From Perkinsela sp. CCAP 1560/9 (lineage: Eukaryota > Protista > Euglenozoa: Kinetoplastea): 64,000 nucleotides of DNA. The stretch lies in assembly GCA_965644495.1 (NCBI GenBank), contig CBFFSA010000003.1:806001-870000 (forward strand). Reading direction: 5' to 3'. Below, one piece after another: positions 43,331 through 53,077 of this stretch. How positions within the stretch are numbered: position 1 is the first letter of the stretch; each line of letters begins with the position of its first letter. The position numbers and the translations under genes are program-made. Below the pieces are notes generated by a model. It was not told the origin of the DNA. It ran no database searches and was given only the letters and a program-made list of their open reading frames with translations.

Positions 43331-45112
43331 ATGGGAATAAAATCTCTCCTCCGCAGCGTCCGTGATGTTGAGGAACCTGTCCACATTTCTCAGTTAAAAG
43401 ACTGTCGTGTGGGTATCGATGCCTACTGTTGGATCCACCGCGCCATATGTTCCTGTTCCATTGAACTTGCCACCGGGGCGAAAACCTCTAAACACATTCA
43501 ATACATTCTGAATCGAACTCAAGGACTGCTACGAGAGGGCTGCAAACCGATCTTTGTGTTTGATGGGGCGGACCTTCCATCGAAAAAAGAAACGAACGAA
43601 AGTCGTTCTCGCGCTCGTGCGAGTAACTTACATACTGGACTGAATCACTACGCTGCGGGAGATTACGGTACGGCCTACACATACTTTATCAAAGGTCTCG
43701 ATGTGACCAGTGAAATGGCATATGAGGTAATACAGGCTCTGCGCAGCCTTGCAGTAGAGTGTATTGTTGCCCCCTATGAGGCAGACGCCCAATTAGCCTA
43801 CATGGCGAACAATGGATACGTCGATGTGGTCATCACAGAGGACAGCGACCTGTTGGTGTATGGCACCCCGCGCGTGTGGTTTAAAATGGACCGTGAGGGG
43901 AATGCGGTGCAGCTGCGACACAGTGTAGTGCGGAAGAGGTTGGCAAACGAGGTAAATTGTGATGATTTTGCCCTGGTGCAGTTTCAGAGCATGTGTATCC
44001 TGAGCGGGTGTGATTATTTGCCTTCGCTCCCGGGTGTGGGGTTAAAGAAGGCGCTCAAGATGGTGAGTAGTTTTGGAAACATTGAGGAAATTACCGGGTC
44101 GCTCTTGAATGAAAAGAAGCCCAAGGTTACCCAAGAAGGGGCAGAGAAATACGCCGTTGAGTTCGAGCGAGCATTATACTGTTTCACTCATCATATTGTT
44201 TTTGATCCTGTGAAAAGGATGCTGCTTAACTTTGCAGACTTAATTGATAAACCGTTTGATTCCTCTATTATCGGTGAGCTGCACGGGCCTGAGATAGCTT
44301 TACAGGTGTGTTTTCATATTTCTATTGATCCTAGGACACTTCTTCCTTACAAAATGGGGGGTAAGCCAGTGAAGCAAAGCCAAATTACAGAATTCGTTTC
44401 GGTGCGTACCCATAATACGCGTGATGTCGGGACTTTTCAAGACGCTTCTGATGCGAACAGCACAGAACCCTTACCCGACATATCTTCCCACAACGCATCT
44501 CCCCAGAGCAGTGATTCATTCGGAGTAGAAACTCTGAAAAAGCAACCACAAGAGCCTCCAGTACGAATAGTGTCTCGCTTTTTCGCGAATCGTGTTCAGA
44601 TTACAACGAATCACACATCCGATCGGACACCTGATTCAAAACGTGCCCGAGTGCAGGACAACATTTCGGAAATAACAGTCTCTGACAGATCTGTAATAAT
44701 TGTAGACGAGTCTGAATCCTCACCGCAAAAAATGTCCGACATGACCGAGCTTCGAAGTTCTCCGCGATCTTCGATGAAGTCGCTTTTAAATGATCCCGAG
44801 CTGACGGAACTTCCTAGAGCTATCCACACAAGAGATGATGTGCAGCACGATGAGGATTCTCCTGTCTGGAGAGATGTAAGAAATCCAACAGGCATGTCTA
44901 CCAGACAAGGAAGGCGTCGAGGGCAAGTTAAGGCAAGGTCTTACAGGGGACGTTCACTTGGTACTCGACTCGCCACTAGGGATGTCCAAGAAACTTTCGA
45001 TCGAATTCAGCCCTATCGTTCGCAACCGGATGGTTTTCGTACACCACTCGTACTTGACTCCAGCACTATCGAAATTTTTTTACAAGAAGGAAAGTATTTA
45101 GAGTCCTCCTAG
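43331..45112 (+). CDS. EXO1: Exonuclease 1 (XPG/RAD2 family)
   Basis: MGIKSLL, IDAYCWIHR, VFDGADLPSK, APYEADAQLAY, TEDSDLL and ILSGCDYL motifs. Confidence 0.95.
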   Translation: MGIKSLLRSVRDVEEPVHISQLKDCRVGIDAYCWIHRAICSCSIELATGAKTSKHIQYILNRTQGLLREGCKPIFVFDGADLPSKKETNESRSRARASNLHTGLNHYAAGDYGTAYTYFIKGLDVTSEMAYEVIQALRSLAVECIVAPYEADAQLAYMANNGYVDVVITEDSDLLVYGTPRVWFKMDREGNAVQLRHSVVRKRLANEVNCDDFALVQFQSMCILSGCDYLPSLPGVGLKKALKMVSSFGNIEEITGSLLNEKKPKVTQEGAEKYAVEFERALYCFTHHIVFDPVKRMLLNFADLIDKPFDSSIIGELHGPEIALQVCFHISIDPRTLLPYKMGGKPVKQSQITEFVSVRTHNTRDVGTFQDASDANSTEPLPDISSHNASPQSSDSFGVETLKKQPQEPPVRIVSRFFANRVQITTNHTSDRTPDSKRARVQDNISEITVSDRSVIIVDESESSPQKMSDMTELRSSPRSSMKSLLNDPELTELPRAIHTRDDVQHDEDSPVWRDVRNPTGMSTRQGRRRGQVKARSYRGRSLGTRLATRDVQETFDRIQPYRSQPDGFRTPLVLDSSTIEIFLQEGKYLESS

Positions 45113-45706
45113 ATCCAATTTCATAACAAACAGTTTTTCTAAGAAGACGAATAGAACCAAAAACACACTGCAGAATCACTCACCAGGCTTGGTAGATGCA
45201 CGCAGTATTAGTACAATACATGTACCTCTAAGTATATCGAAATCAAGTGTCTCAATTTATTCTATGCTAGATTTTCATAGGTTTTTATCATTTTTAAAAA
45301 TTCTAATAGAATTCGTGATGCTGATAGCGATGTCATCTGCGCGCTGAAGTCCGGTGGAAGATCTTGTGGAATTACGGCCGTTTGTCCATCTTGAAGTGCT
45401 CCCAGGAAATTTTGTGTTACGCATAAACCGATACGCCCATGCAAAATAATACGTTGAGTAGCATTAAAGGAATCAATAGCAGAGTACAGAAACTGTATCT
45501 TTATGGTTGCAGGAATGATGCTCTCCAGAACTCCTTCGATGAGTGCGTCTCTGCTTCTTGAGCAAACAAAGCGTAAACCTCGTGCAAGTCCGTATTTCGG
45601 TCGGATACGGATGAATGATGAGGGTGGTGTTTCATTTGTTTTGTTTCATCCTTTCCTTGTTCTATTTTCGAGAATGTGTCCTCTAGATAGAGGACCTCTT
45701 AAACTA

Positions 45707-45813
45707 CCGCACTCCCCCCAGTAAGAGAGATTTTTCCCTTTTTGAGCTGACCTCCAGGCAGAGAGATTAGGCCTTTTTGACGAAAACCCATTCTCTTACT
45801 GGGGCGCCTACGG
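45707..45813. mobile_element. ~107-bp MITE, TA TSD
   Basis: TA|CCG...CCCCAGTAAGAGA / TCTCTTACTGGGG...CGG|TA. Confidence 0.65.
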
Positions 45814-46102
45814 TATTTAAACTTCATGTTTAATTCCATCATTTCTACAATTATTTCTGTCGTGCGAATTTATATTACTACATGTTCAATAATACCAAAA
45901 GGTTCTTTTAGTATTAAAAACTGTTTCATATTATCGACACAAATGCATGAAATATAAATATTTTTACATTTATTATGACATTTCATTTTTCTGATATGTG
46001 GACTCCTTGACTACGGCGAAAAATACTGTGCTGAAATCCTGTTGCTTATAGGTTTCAAATCGCAACAATTTTGCCTGCGAGAAAGATTTCGAGGTTTCCA
46101 TA

Positions 46103-48580
46103 ATGGTTATTCAATTCGTGCGCTTGGCGGGCCATTCCACCGAATCAATGGCGTTCCGTCTCTTGGTTAATGCGGATCCAGCACTTCCTATTTCTCACGT
46201 GAGGCATCTGGCTCGTTCTTACTCAACATGCTCAGCCAGATGCGGGGCATCGATAATCGATAACCTTTCAAGAAGTATAGGTATTCTTAATACACCATTC
46301 GAGGATGTGTGCGAACTTGTGGCCAACAGTAGTTCTGTACAGATTCCTTTCGAGAAGAGAATTTCCTGCATTACGACATTAGGAGAAGCCAATACATGGC
46401 ACGGGAAAACAGTTCGAGAACGACTAATGTTGGTTGCACTAACCGCCTTACTAGTAAGCACCAACACGTGTAAAATAACGAAAAGACTTTGTGAGAAGAA
46501 TAGTGTTTCAGCTGCCAATAAGCTTGTTATGGAAGTCTTGATACCACAAATTGAGAGCATCAGTCAGGAAGTAGCAGGTGTCGAACTTGTCCGCCTGTAC
46601 GGCATCGTTCTTCACTTGAATATTATATGCTTACTTCCTCGTTTTGTGCGTCATATTGAACTACAAATAGCGAATTTGGTATCCGGCGACGTTGTAACTA
46701 TGCTTTGGGATACACTGGAACTCTCTAAGGCTCCTGCTTCAACCACGGCTCTAACAATTTTGAACCCTTCGGTCCCTTCTCAGGCCAACTTACTGACTTC
46801 AGTGCAATATGCGCATCTGATTCAAACATTCTTTCACACCGCAGCGGAAAATTGTGGGGAATTGTCTCCGTCACTGCTAACACGATTGCTTTGGTGTTGT
46901 GTCCGGTTGCAGCACGAGACGAATATTAAATATGATCCAAGAGTGATCGGGCTTCGAGACACTGCAGAAAGAATTCTGCGAGTTACCTTTACTCGTTTCA
47001 GCGGTTTTATTCAACGTCATGCTCTCTCGCTCGAGGATCTGTGTGGGTTACTCAACGTGCTTTCTCGGTTTCCTGGTAAGAGCCTTGCTGAAGTGGGGGA
47101 ATCCGCTCTAGGATTGGTTAAGGCATATTGCTCATCGATTTCTAAAGATAATGTAGCCCATGATACTAAACTTCATGGGATATTTCTCTCCGACCTTGCA
47201 GCATTATGCTCCTCCATCGCAAAGGCTTTTGTGTCCTTACATCGAATGGACGTGAGCGCGGAAGAAGCCGGTACAGTATTTACCACTTTTTCGCGCATAT
47301 TTATGAAGTGTATCAACTCAGAATCGAAATGCATCTCAACAGTACTATCTCAAAAGCAAGTTATCTCTGTCATAACTTGTGCACCGAGCCAGTCAAAATA
47401 TTGGTGTGACGACTTTAAGTCAGGACTCGTCAAAGCTCTACAAATTCAGATTGATGGGGAGCTCCCCGCACGCGATGTTGTGCAATCGCTTTACGCGGTT
47501 TCTAAGTTGCCTCGTGGAAGTATTTTATGTTCTAACGATCTCGTAGATGGCTTGCTGGCTCGGGCTTTTATCGTTTCCAAGGCACTAGAGCCACTCAGTC
47601 TTGCAATACTGTTCAAGGCATTAACAGGTCTTTCGCAAGAATTTTATATGATACCGCTTCTGCAACAGTTGCGAAGAGTTATGGAAAGCAAATCATTGCA
47701 CGTCTTTCGACCTAGAGAACTTGTAATGATATTTGATGCGCTATGTACTTTACATGGTGTCTTCCATAAAATTCAGAACGGTAACGCATCAGGAACGGGG
47801 CCCAGCCTGTCTCGAGAGGCTAACTTAGCAGTTTCTAAACCAGCTGGTCAACCTTTAACACCACAAAGAAATATGTTGCGTTACATTTCATCGCACATAT
47901 CCTCCTATGAGGTTGGCCATGTCGCTATTGTAATGCTTGCTGCCGGCAAACTTTTCGGGCCCGTCGATCATGATGTTCACCAGTTCTATACTATAGTTGG
48001 AGACTACCTTTCTAAAATGTGGCTGCAAAAGGCGAGTAGTCCCAGAAGACTTCCCCCAGCTCCGACAGACAAAGAAGTTGCTGTAATTCTAACTTCTTTC
48101 GCAAGAGCGAAAATTTTTCACCTTCCAGCTCTCCAGGTCCTCTCGGATTTCGTTGCTCATTCAAGGCATATGGAAGAATTCGAGGCCGCAACAATCGTAT
48201 ATTCGCTTGGAAGATTGAATTACAAAAATATTCCTCTGATTCAGTGTGTGACGCAGACTTTTGAACGCCTCAGCGTTACAGGTCTCCACACGGCACATGT
48301 ACGTGCGGCTCTGTATGGCTATGCTGCACTTGAGATTCAGCCGCCTGAATGCCTTCTCCGTTTTATTCAAGAAAATGCGGACTCGTTGGATAAGATTTCT
48401 AAGTCACAAATAAGGCGATCCCTTGGAATGCTTGGAATTGAAAATGTGATAGAATGTTTCTCGGAAAATAGGATCCGAAATCGAACGTGTTCTAGGAATT
48501 CAAGCTTAAAGGTAGGCGCTTCTCCCCTTGACCTTGCTGATATTTTAGGTGATGCAAGACCCGTATCAACCACACCGTAA
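46103..48580 (+). CDS. Large alpha-helical-repeat protein, possibly mitochondrial RNA-binding
   Basis: 825-aa ORF with repeated ~37-aa helical units (LSPSLLTRLLW, LPARDVVQSLYA, FRPRELVMIFDA). Confidence 0.75.
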   Translation: MVIQFVRLAGHSTESMAFRLLVNADPALPISHVRHLARSYSTCSARCGASIIDNLSRSIGILNTPFEDVCELVANSSSVQIPFEKRISCITTLGEANTWHGKTVRERLMLVALTALLVSTNTCKITKRLCEKNSVSAANKLVMEVLIPQIESISQEVAGVELVRLYGIVLHLNIICLLPRFVRHIELQIANLVSGDVVTMLWDTLELSKAPASTTALTILNPSVPSQANLLTSVQYAHLIQTFFHTAAENCGELSPSLLTRLLWCCVRLQHETNIKYDPRVIGLRDTAERILRVTFTRFSGFIQRHALSLEDLCGLLNVLSRFPGKSLAEVGESALGLVKAYCSSISKDNVAHDTKLHGIFLSDLAALCSSIAKAFVSLHRMDVSAEEAGTVFTTFSRIFMKCINSESKCISTVLSQKQVISVITCAPSQSKYWCDDFKSGLVKALQIQIDGELPARDVVQSLYAVSKLPRGSILCSNDLVDGLLARAFIVSKALEPLSLAILFKALTGLSQEFYMIPLLQQLRRVMESKSLHVFRPRELVMIFDALCTLHGVFHKIQNGNASGTGPSLSREANLAVSKPAGQPLTPQRNMLRYISSHISSYEVGHVAIVMLAAGKLFGPVDHDVHQFYTIVGDYLSKMWLQKASSPRRLPPAPTDKEVAVILTSFARAKIFHLPALQVLSDFVAHSRHMEEFEAATIVYSLGRLNYKNIPLIQCVTQTFERLSVTGLHTAHVRAALYGYAALEIQPPECLLRFIQENADSLDKISKSQIRRSLGMLGIENVIECFSENRIRNRTCSRNSSLKVGASPLDLADILGDARPVSTTP

Positions 48581-48887
48581 TACACGCTGTTTGCTTTCGG
48601 TATCTCTCCAGACGGCAATTCGGGAAAGGGCATAGTCTTGTAACCGCATTTCTACAGTATACCGAGGTGTTTTACCCATGTCGAGGTAATTTATCAATGT
48701 CTGATGACGTTGTTGTATTAAACTACACTGTATTTGTGTACAGTAATATTCCAGTAGGTTTCGAAGGTTTAAAAAGCGCTCGCTGTAAAGACAAAAAAAC
48801 ATGAAGGAAGTAAATGGCAAAAAATCTCTCATGTCTAGAAGACAATTTTGTTTTTCCATCGGCCTTTTTTTGTAACGCAACATACAC

Positions 48888-49568
48888 ATGCCTATCGCCT
48901 ACGATGCTCGCCGGATCTACGTTGGGAATCTTCCGGAGCATGTATCCGAGAGCGAATTGATCGAGTGTTTTTCTTCACATGACATCCCAATTCATGACAT
49001 TGAAATCGCACAGAATGGGTATGGAGATGGAACCAGTCGTGGCTTCGCACATGTCTCTTGTTCCACAGAGATGGAAGCTAATTCATCCGTAAACAAACTC
49101 ACTGGGCTTCGATGGTCGTGGAAAAATTCGCACAGACAATCCCAGTACACACGCGGTCGCATGAATCAAGGGCTTAACGTGCAGATTGCTCAAACACATT
49201 GGTCGATTCGCCGACAACAGGCTCGGGAAGAAGAGACAGAGACTTTGGTATCTACAAAAAATGAACTACCTATCTTTAGCGGAGAATTGCCTCAACCTGG
49301 ATTGACAGAATACCTACCCCATATGGCGGATGACGGAGAATACCTAGATGCGAATTCTGTTGCAGAAAACTCGACTGCGCGATTCGATGAGGATACTGTA
49401 AGGGAGGCTGTGTCACCTCTACCGCTCTCATCCGATGCTACTTCATCGAAAATTAAGAAGTCGAAGTTTTCCGCGAAAACTGGTAATCTAAAACCATCGG
49501 GTCTGAGTCCTGGCTTAGAAAAGTTGCTTCAGTTAAAGGAGCAGCTAGCTCGCCTAAAATCAAAATAG
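48888..49568 (+). CDS. RRM protein (NOL8-like N-terminal RRM)
   Basis: RIYVGNL (RNP2) and RGFAHV (RNP1). Confidence 0.85.
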   Translation: MPIAYDARRIYVGNLPEHVSESELIECFSSHDIPIHDIEIAQNGYGDGTSRGFAHVSCSTEMEANSSVNKLTGLRWSWKNSHRQSQYTRGRMNQGLNVQIAQTHWSIRRQQAREEETETLVSTKNELPIFSGELPQPGLTEYLPHMADDGEYLDANSVAENSTARFDEDTVREAVSPLPLSSDATSSKIKKSKFSAKTGNLKPSGLSPGLEKLLQLKEQLARLKSK

Positions 49569-49716
49569 CATTCCCTGATGTACCTAGTAAATGCTCCTCT
49601 TTCCATTTCTCTTTGACCTAGCGAACCTTCAGTGCCTAGTCTCCCTTGCGCCATTATTTTCCAAAGCAATTCGTACTTCTTAAATTTTTAAAATTTATTT
49701 GATTGCATACGGATAA

Positions 49717-50870
49717 CCTGGATTACCATATCCAGTGCACCAGCATTTTCGCATATCCAGTGCACCAAAAACGCGAAAATTACATCCCGTTCCAGGTGTC
49801 AAACATTTTCTCATATCCAGTGCACCAAGAATATTAAAAAAAATGAACCTAGTACGATGATTGGTATATTTTTCAATGGTTTGCCCGTTGGGCCGTTTGT
49901 TCAACTTCTTCATTGTCTTGTTCACCTCTTTGAGGCTCAGTGTCTCAAACGACTCACTCGCCTTGTGATATTGGCGAATGTTGGTAAGACCATTTGAATT
50001 TTCCACCGCCCCCTTTTACCACGAGTGATACGGGGCACAGAAAAAGGATTTACAGCCCAGCTTTTCATTCACTCTTTGATGCTTTGTAAATTCCGTTGCA
50101 TTGTCATAAGTGATAGTAAAAGTTTTGTACTTTATTAATCCCTTGATGATTTGATTCGCCACTTCTTCGGCATGCTTCGATCGCAGAACACGCAGAACGA
50201 GGAATCGGCTCTTCCGCTCACACAAGGTCAAAATGTAACGTGAGTGATTATGCCCTTCCACTATGCCTGCTTCCCAATCCCCATACCGACGCCTCTTGTT
50301 GACTATCTGAGGGCGAAGTCGGACGGAGACTCTGTTGGGGATCGTTGATCGGCCGCGGTTGGGTCGACGCCATCACGTGCCACGTGGCGATAAATAGTAG
50401 CCACAGACGGCGAAGCTTGCGTCCCAACAACTAAAGTGTTGGGAACCTGTTCTGGACTGAAGCTGCCCTAAGCGCTCCTTGATGTGGCGCTCCACGGGCC
50501 CAGAGATCATGCGAGGGCGCACGGGCTTGCTTTCCAAGCGTCTCTTGGATTCTCTCTGAGCACGGCTGGCCTCGTACCGCCGACCCCGTTTTTTGTTTCG
50601 GGCCAGCTCACGGCTAACGGTGCTATGTGATTTTCCGATAGCCGTGCCGATCTCACGTCGCGTGGCCCCCGCCTCGAACATCTCTTGTATTGTGCGTCTC
50701 TCTCCTTCGCTGAGCCGCTTATACTTTGTCATAACGAAGGTAGGAAAAAAATTGAGTAATAGAAATGCCTAAATTGAATAAGTAAGTTGAATATGTAAAT
50801 TGAAATTGTAAAAATGTACTTTTGGTGCACTGGATATGATAACTTGGTGCACTGAATATGATAATCCATC
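49717..50870 (-). mobile_element. IS30-family transposon, copy A (1154 bp, frameshifted transposase ~49850-50732, TAA TSD)
   Basis: HTH YKRLSEGER...EIGTAIGKSHSTVSRELARN; core GDWE, LTLCERKSR, ITYDNATEF, CAPYHSW.KG..ENSNGL, LNKRP. TIRs TGGATTA.CATAT.CAGTGCACCA; TAA at 49714-16 and 50871-73. Confidence 0.92.
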
Positions 50871-50938
50871 TAACCCTGATATACGAACCGCATCTCATGT
50901 TTCCTCACTTTTACTAGAACCATCCCCATTTCCACCCC

Positions 50939-51649
50939 ATGGCCTCCCCTCCCACCGACCTCGACACCCACAGCCTCATCACGGAGTCGATTCATCCCCC
51001 GAGTAGCCGGGATGAGATCACCTCACTCTTCGTGCGTACCCTCACCTACCCCCTCTACGTGTTACTCGTGCTGTACTTTTTCGCAGCGCTACTCCAGCGC
51101 TCGTACTACCCGAATCTTGCGTTAGCGCTGAGTCAAATCGCCGCGGCTAACCCCTACGTGTGGGGAGCCACAGGCGCAGGTCTCGCGGTGGGGTTTTCCA
51201 TCTTCGGGGCCGCGTGGGGTATTTTTACCGCGGGCTCCTCCATCGCGGGGGCCTCGATTCGTGCGCCTCACATTCGATCGAAAAATTTAATTTCGGTTAT
51301 TTTTTGTGAGGCCGTAGCGATCTACGGGGTGATTGTCGCGATTGTGCACACCAGTAAAATGGAACTCCGGGAGAATAGCCTCACGGATGCGATGAGCAGT
51401 TCATCCGCGATGTCCCCGCAGACTACGGCAAGCGGGTACATGTTGTTCTGCTCCGGACTCACGGTGGGGTTGGGGAATCTCGCGTGTGGTATTGCGGTGG
51501 GGATATTGGGCTCGGCATGTGCGATAGCGGATGCGGCGAATCCGGCTCTCTTCGTTCACGTGCTCGTGATGGAGATCTTTGCAAGTGCTTTTGGTATTTT
51601 TGCTCTTATTATTGGTATTTTACAAGCACAACATGCAAAATTTAAGTGA
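50939..51649 (+). CDS. VMA16: V-type ATPase proteolipid subunit c'' (21 kDa)
   Basis: GAAWGIF..GSSI.G..IRAP.IRSKNLISVIFCEAVAIYG and EIFASAFG motifs. Confidence 0.96.
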   Translation: MASPPTDLDTHSLITESIHPPSSRDEITSLFVRTLTYPLYVLLVLYFFAALLQRSYYPNLALALSQIAAANPYVWGATGAGLAVGFSIFGAAWGIFTAGSSIAGASIRAPHIRSKNLISVIFCEAVAIYGVIVAIVHTSKMELRENSLTDAMSSSSAMSPQTTASGYMLFCSGLTVGLGNLACGIAVGILGSACAIADAANPALFVHVLVMEIFASAFGIFALIIGILQAQHAKFK

Positions 51650-51876
51650 TCTACACAAATATGTTCTAGCGTGTTCTGCTTGCTTGCTTGCTATACGTTT
51701 GTGCTGTATGGTAAGTTTTAGAACGCAAAGAGGCACTCCACAACACAAGTAAGATTTAAGCGTCGAATACTTCTATTGGGTGTGAAAGGTTCGTATTGTG
51801 TCTTTTTGTATCTTAGCTTCATCCTACCTTAGTCTTCGTTTAGTATTATACTTGCTACATTTCTTATACTATTTTT

Positions 51877-52215
51877 ATGGGTCTAACGGATTCTGCTTTC
51901 GTGCGTAAAACTCTTACGGCTGGCTTTTGGCTTTACGAGCGCATTGAAGAGCAACTGTGGCCTTTATACTCTTCCGGCGTGGTTGTTGGTGCATTATGCC
52001 TTCTGTCTTCCATGACCGAGAAAACCGTCGTCGCTGACCATTTGTGTACGCGAGGTCGCATGGATCTGCAAGATCAAGCAGAAAGCGAAATTAAGAAAGC
52101 TTCACAGCTTATGGAAGCGGAATCCTTGAAATCCGTTAAGAATTACGTCTGGTCCCTTCCTTCTGATGAGTTCCAAAAATTGCAAGCAGGCCGCAAAACC
52201 CTGCATTGGCAGTAG
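51877..52215 (+). CDS. Small single-pass membrane protein (tentatively Tom22/ATOM14-like)
   Basis: One hydrophobic helix (LWPLYSSGVVVGALCLL) followed by an acidic tail; the family guess is weak. Confidence 0.6.
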   Translation: MGLTDSAFVRKTLTAGFWLYERIEEQLWPLYSSGVVVGALCLLSSMTEKTVVADHLCTRGRMDLQDQAESEIKKASQLMEAESLKSVKNYVWSLPSDEFQKLQAGRKTLHWQ

Positions 52216-52475
52216 TTTTCTCCCAGAAAAAGGTGCTTGTATGATACTAATTTACACGTGTGCTGAATTTCTTTTGCAAGCTACAGCTCTAATCGTTGAT
52301 CAACATTGGACAATTCTTTATACCCCTTGAAATTTTTAAAAATTATGAATTTTTCAATGCCTGTGAAAACAAAAAATGCAAGTCAGCGTTTACCAGCTTT
52401 GCCACTGTTTCTAATTCTTGTTTCGCAAAATATACGTTTTCTTTTTCCTTAAGACGACTTTCGCATTAATTATTT

Positions 52476-52835
52476 ATGCCCGCTGATCGCTTTGCATCCG
52501 TTCACCACATAGAAAGAGGACACGGGCAAGAGCGGGGCTCTGGAAACCACACGGTAATTCTCGTGCAGCTTACAGAGAATTCCTCCACTCGCAGCTACGT
52601 CCAGGAAGCCTCCGTCAATCAAGCTTTTAATTCCTTGGCCGACATTTTTGAAAAAGACTTATACAGCCGTAGTAAGGACTTTCGTGGTCGACCTGCGCTC
52701 TCTGCTTTCGTACACTGGATTGAAAACGTCTATGACATCGTCGCCTTGGTGTATGGTGCAGAAACAACTGCCTACAGTGCGTTTCCTCGTGAATGGGTCT
52801 CAAAAAAAGCGAAAACTATCTTTTCTGCCTACTGA
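52476..52835 (+). CDS. ERH: Enhancer of rudimentary homolog
   Basis: HTVILVQ...RSY...SVN...IFE..L...DIVALVY..ET..Y...REWV aligns by eye with ERH HTILLVQ...RTY...SVN...DLSCLVY...DWI. Confidence 0.85.
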   Translation: MPADRFASVHHIERGHGQERGSGNHTVILVQLTENSSTRSYVQEASVNQAFNSLADIFEKDLYSRSKDFRGRPALSAFVHWIENVYDIVALVYGAETTAYSAFPREWVSKKAKTIFSAY

Positions 52836-53077
52836 ACACGAAATCCTACTTAAATTGTTTCTCTTTCCGCTTCTTACTGAACTTTTGGAAGTTGCTCATA
52901 CATACACAGCTCATGTATTACATAATGGGCGGGTGTTTTGTAAATTGAACACAAAATCATGTATATTCATGATTGATAACCATAATAAAGTTATTCGCGT
53001 TTCACGCAATACTTTTCATCAACCATACTCTTTGTTAAAGGCATTACTGAAGACTTGTACACCGATTTTATTAAAAT

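Noticed and set aside
45610-45750. Box C/D snoRNA (ATGATGA ... CTGA)
   Set aside because: The D box falls inside a MITE, and no terminal stem or guide is evident.
49717-50870. Bacterial contamination as the explanation for the IS30 element
   Set aside because: Disfavoured but not excluded: copies are decayed, multiple, and interleaved with eukaryotic genes and MITEs, and one has a TSD. Read-level confirmation is still needed.
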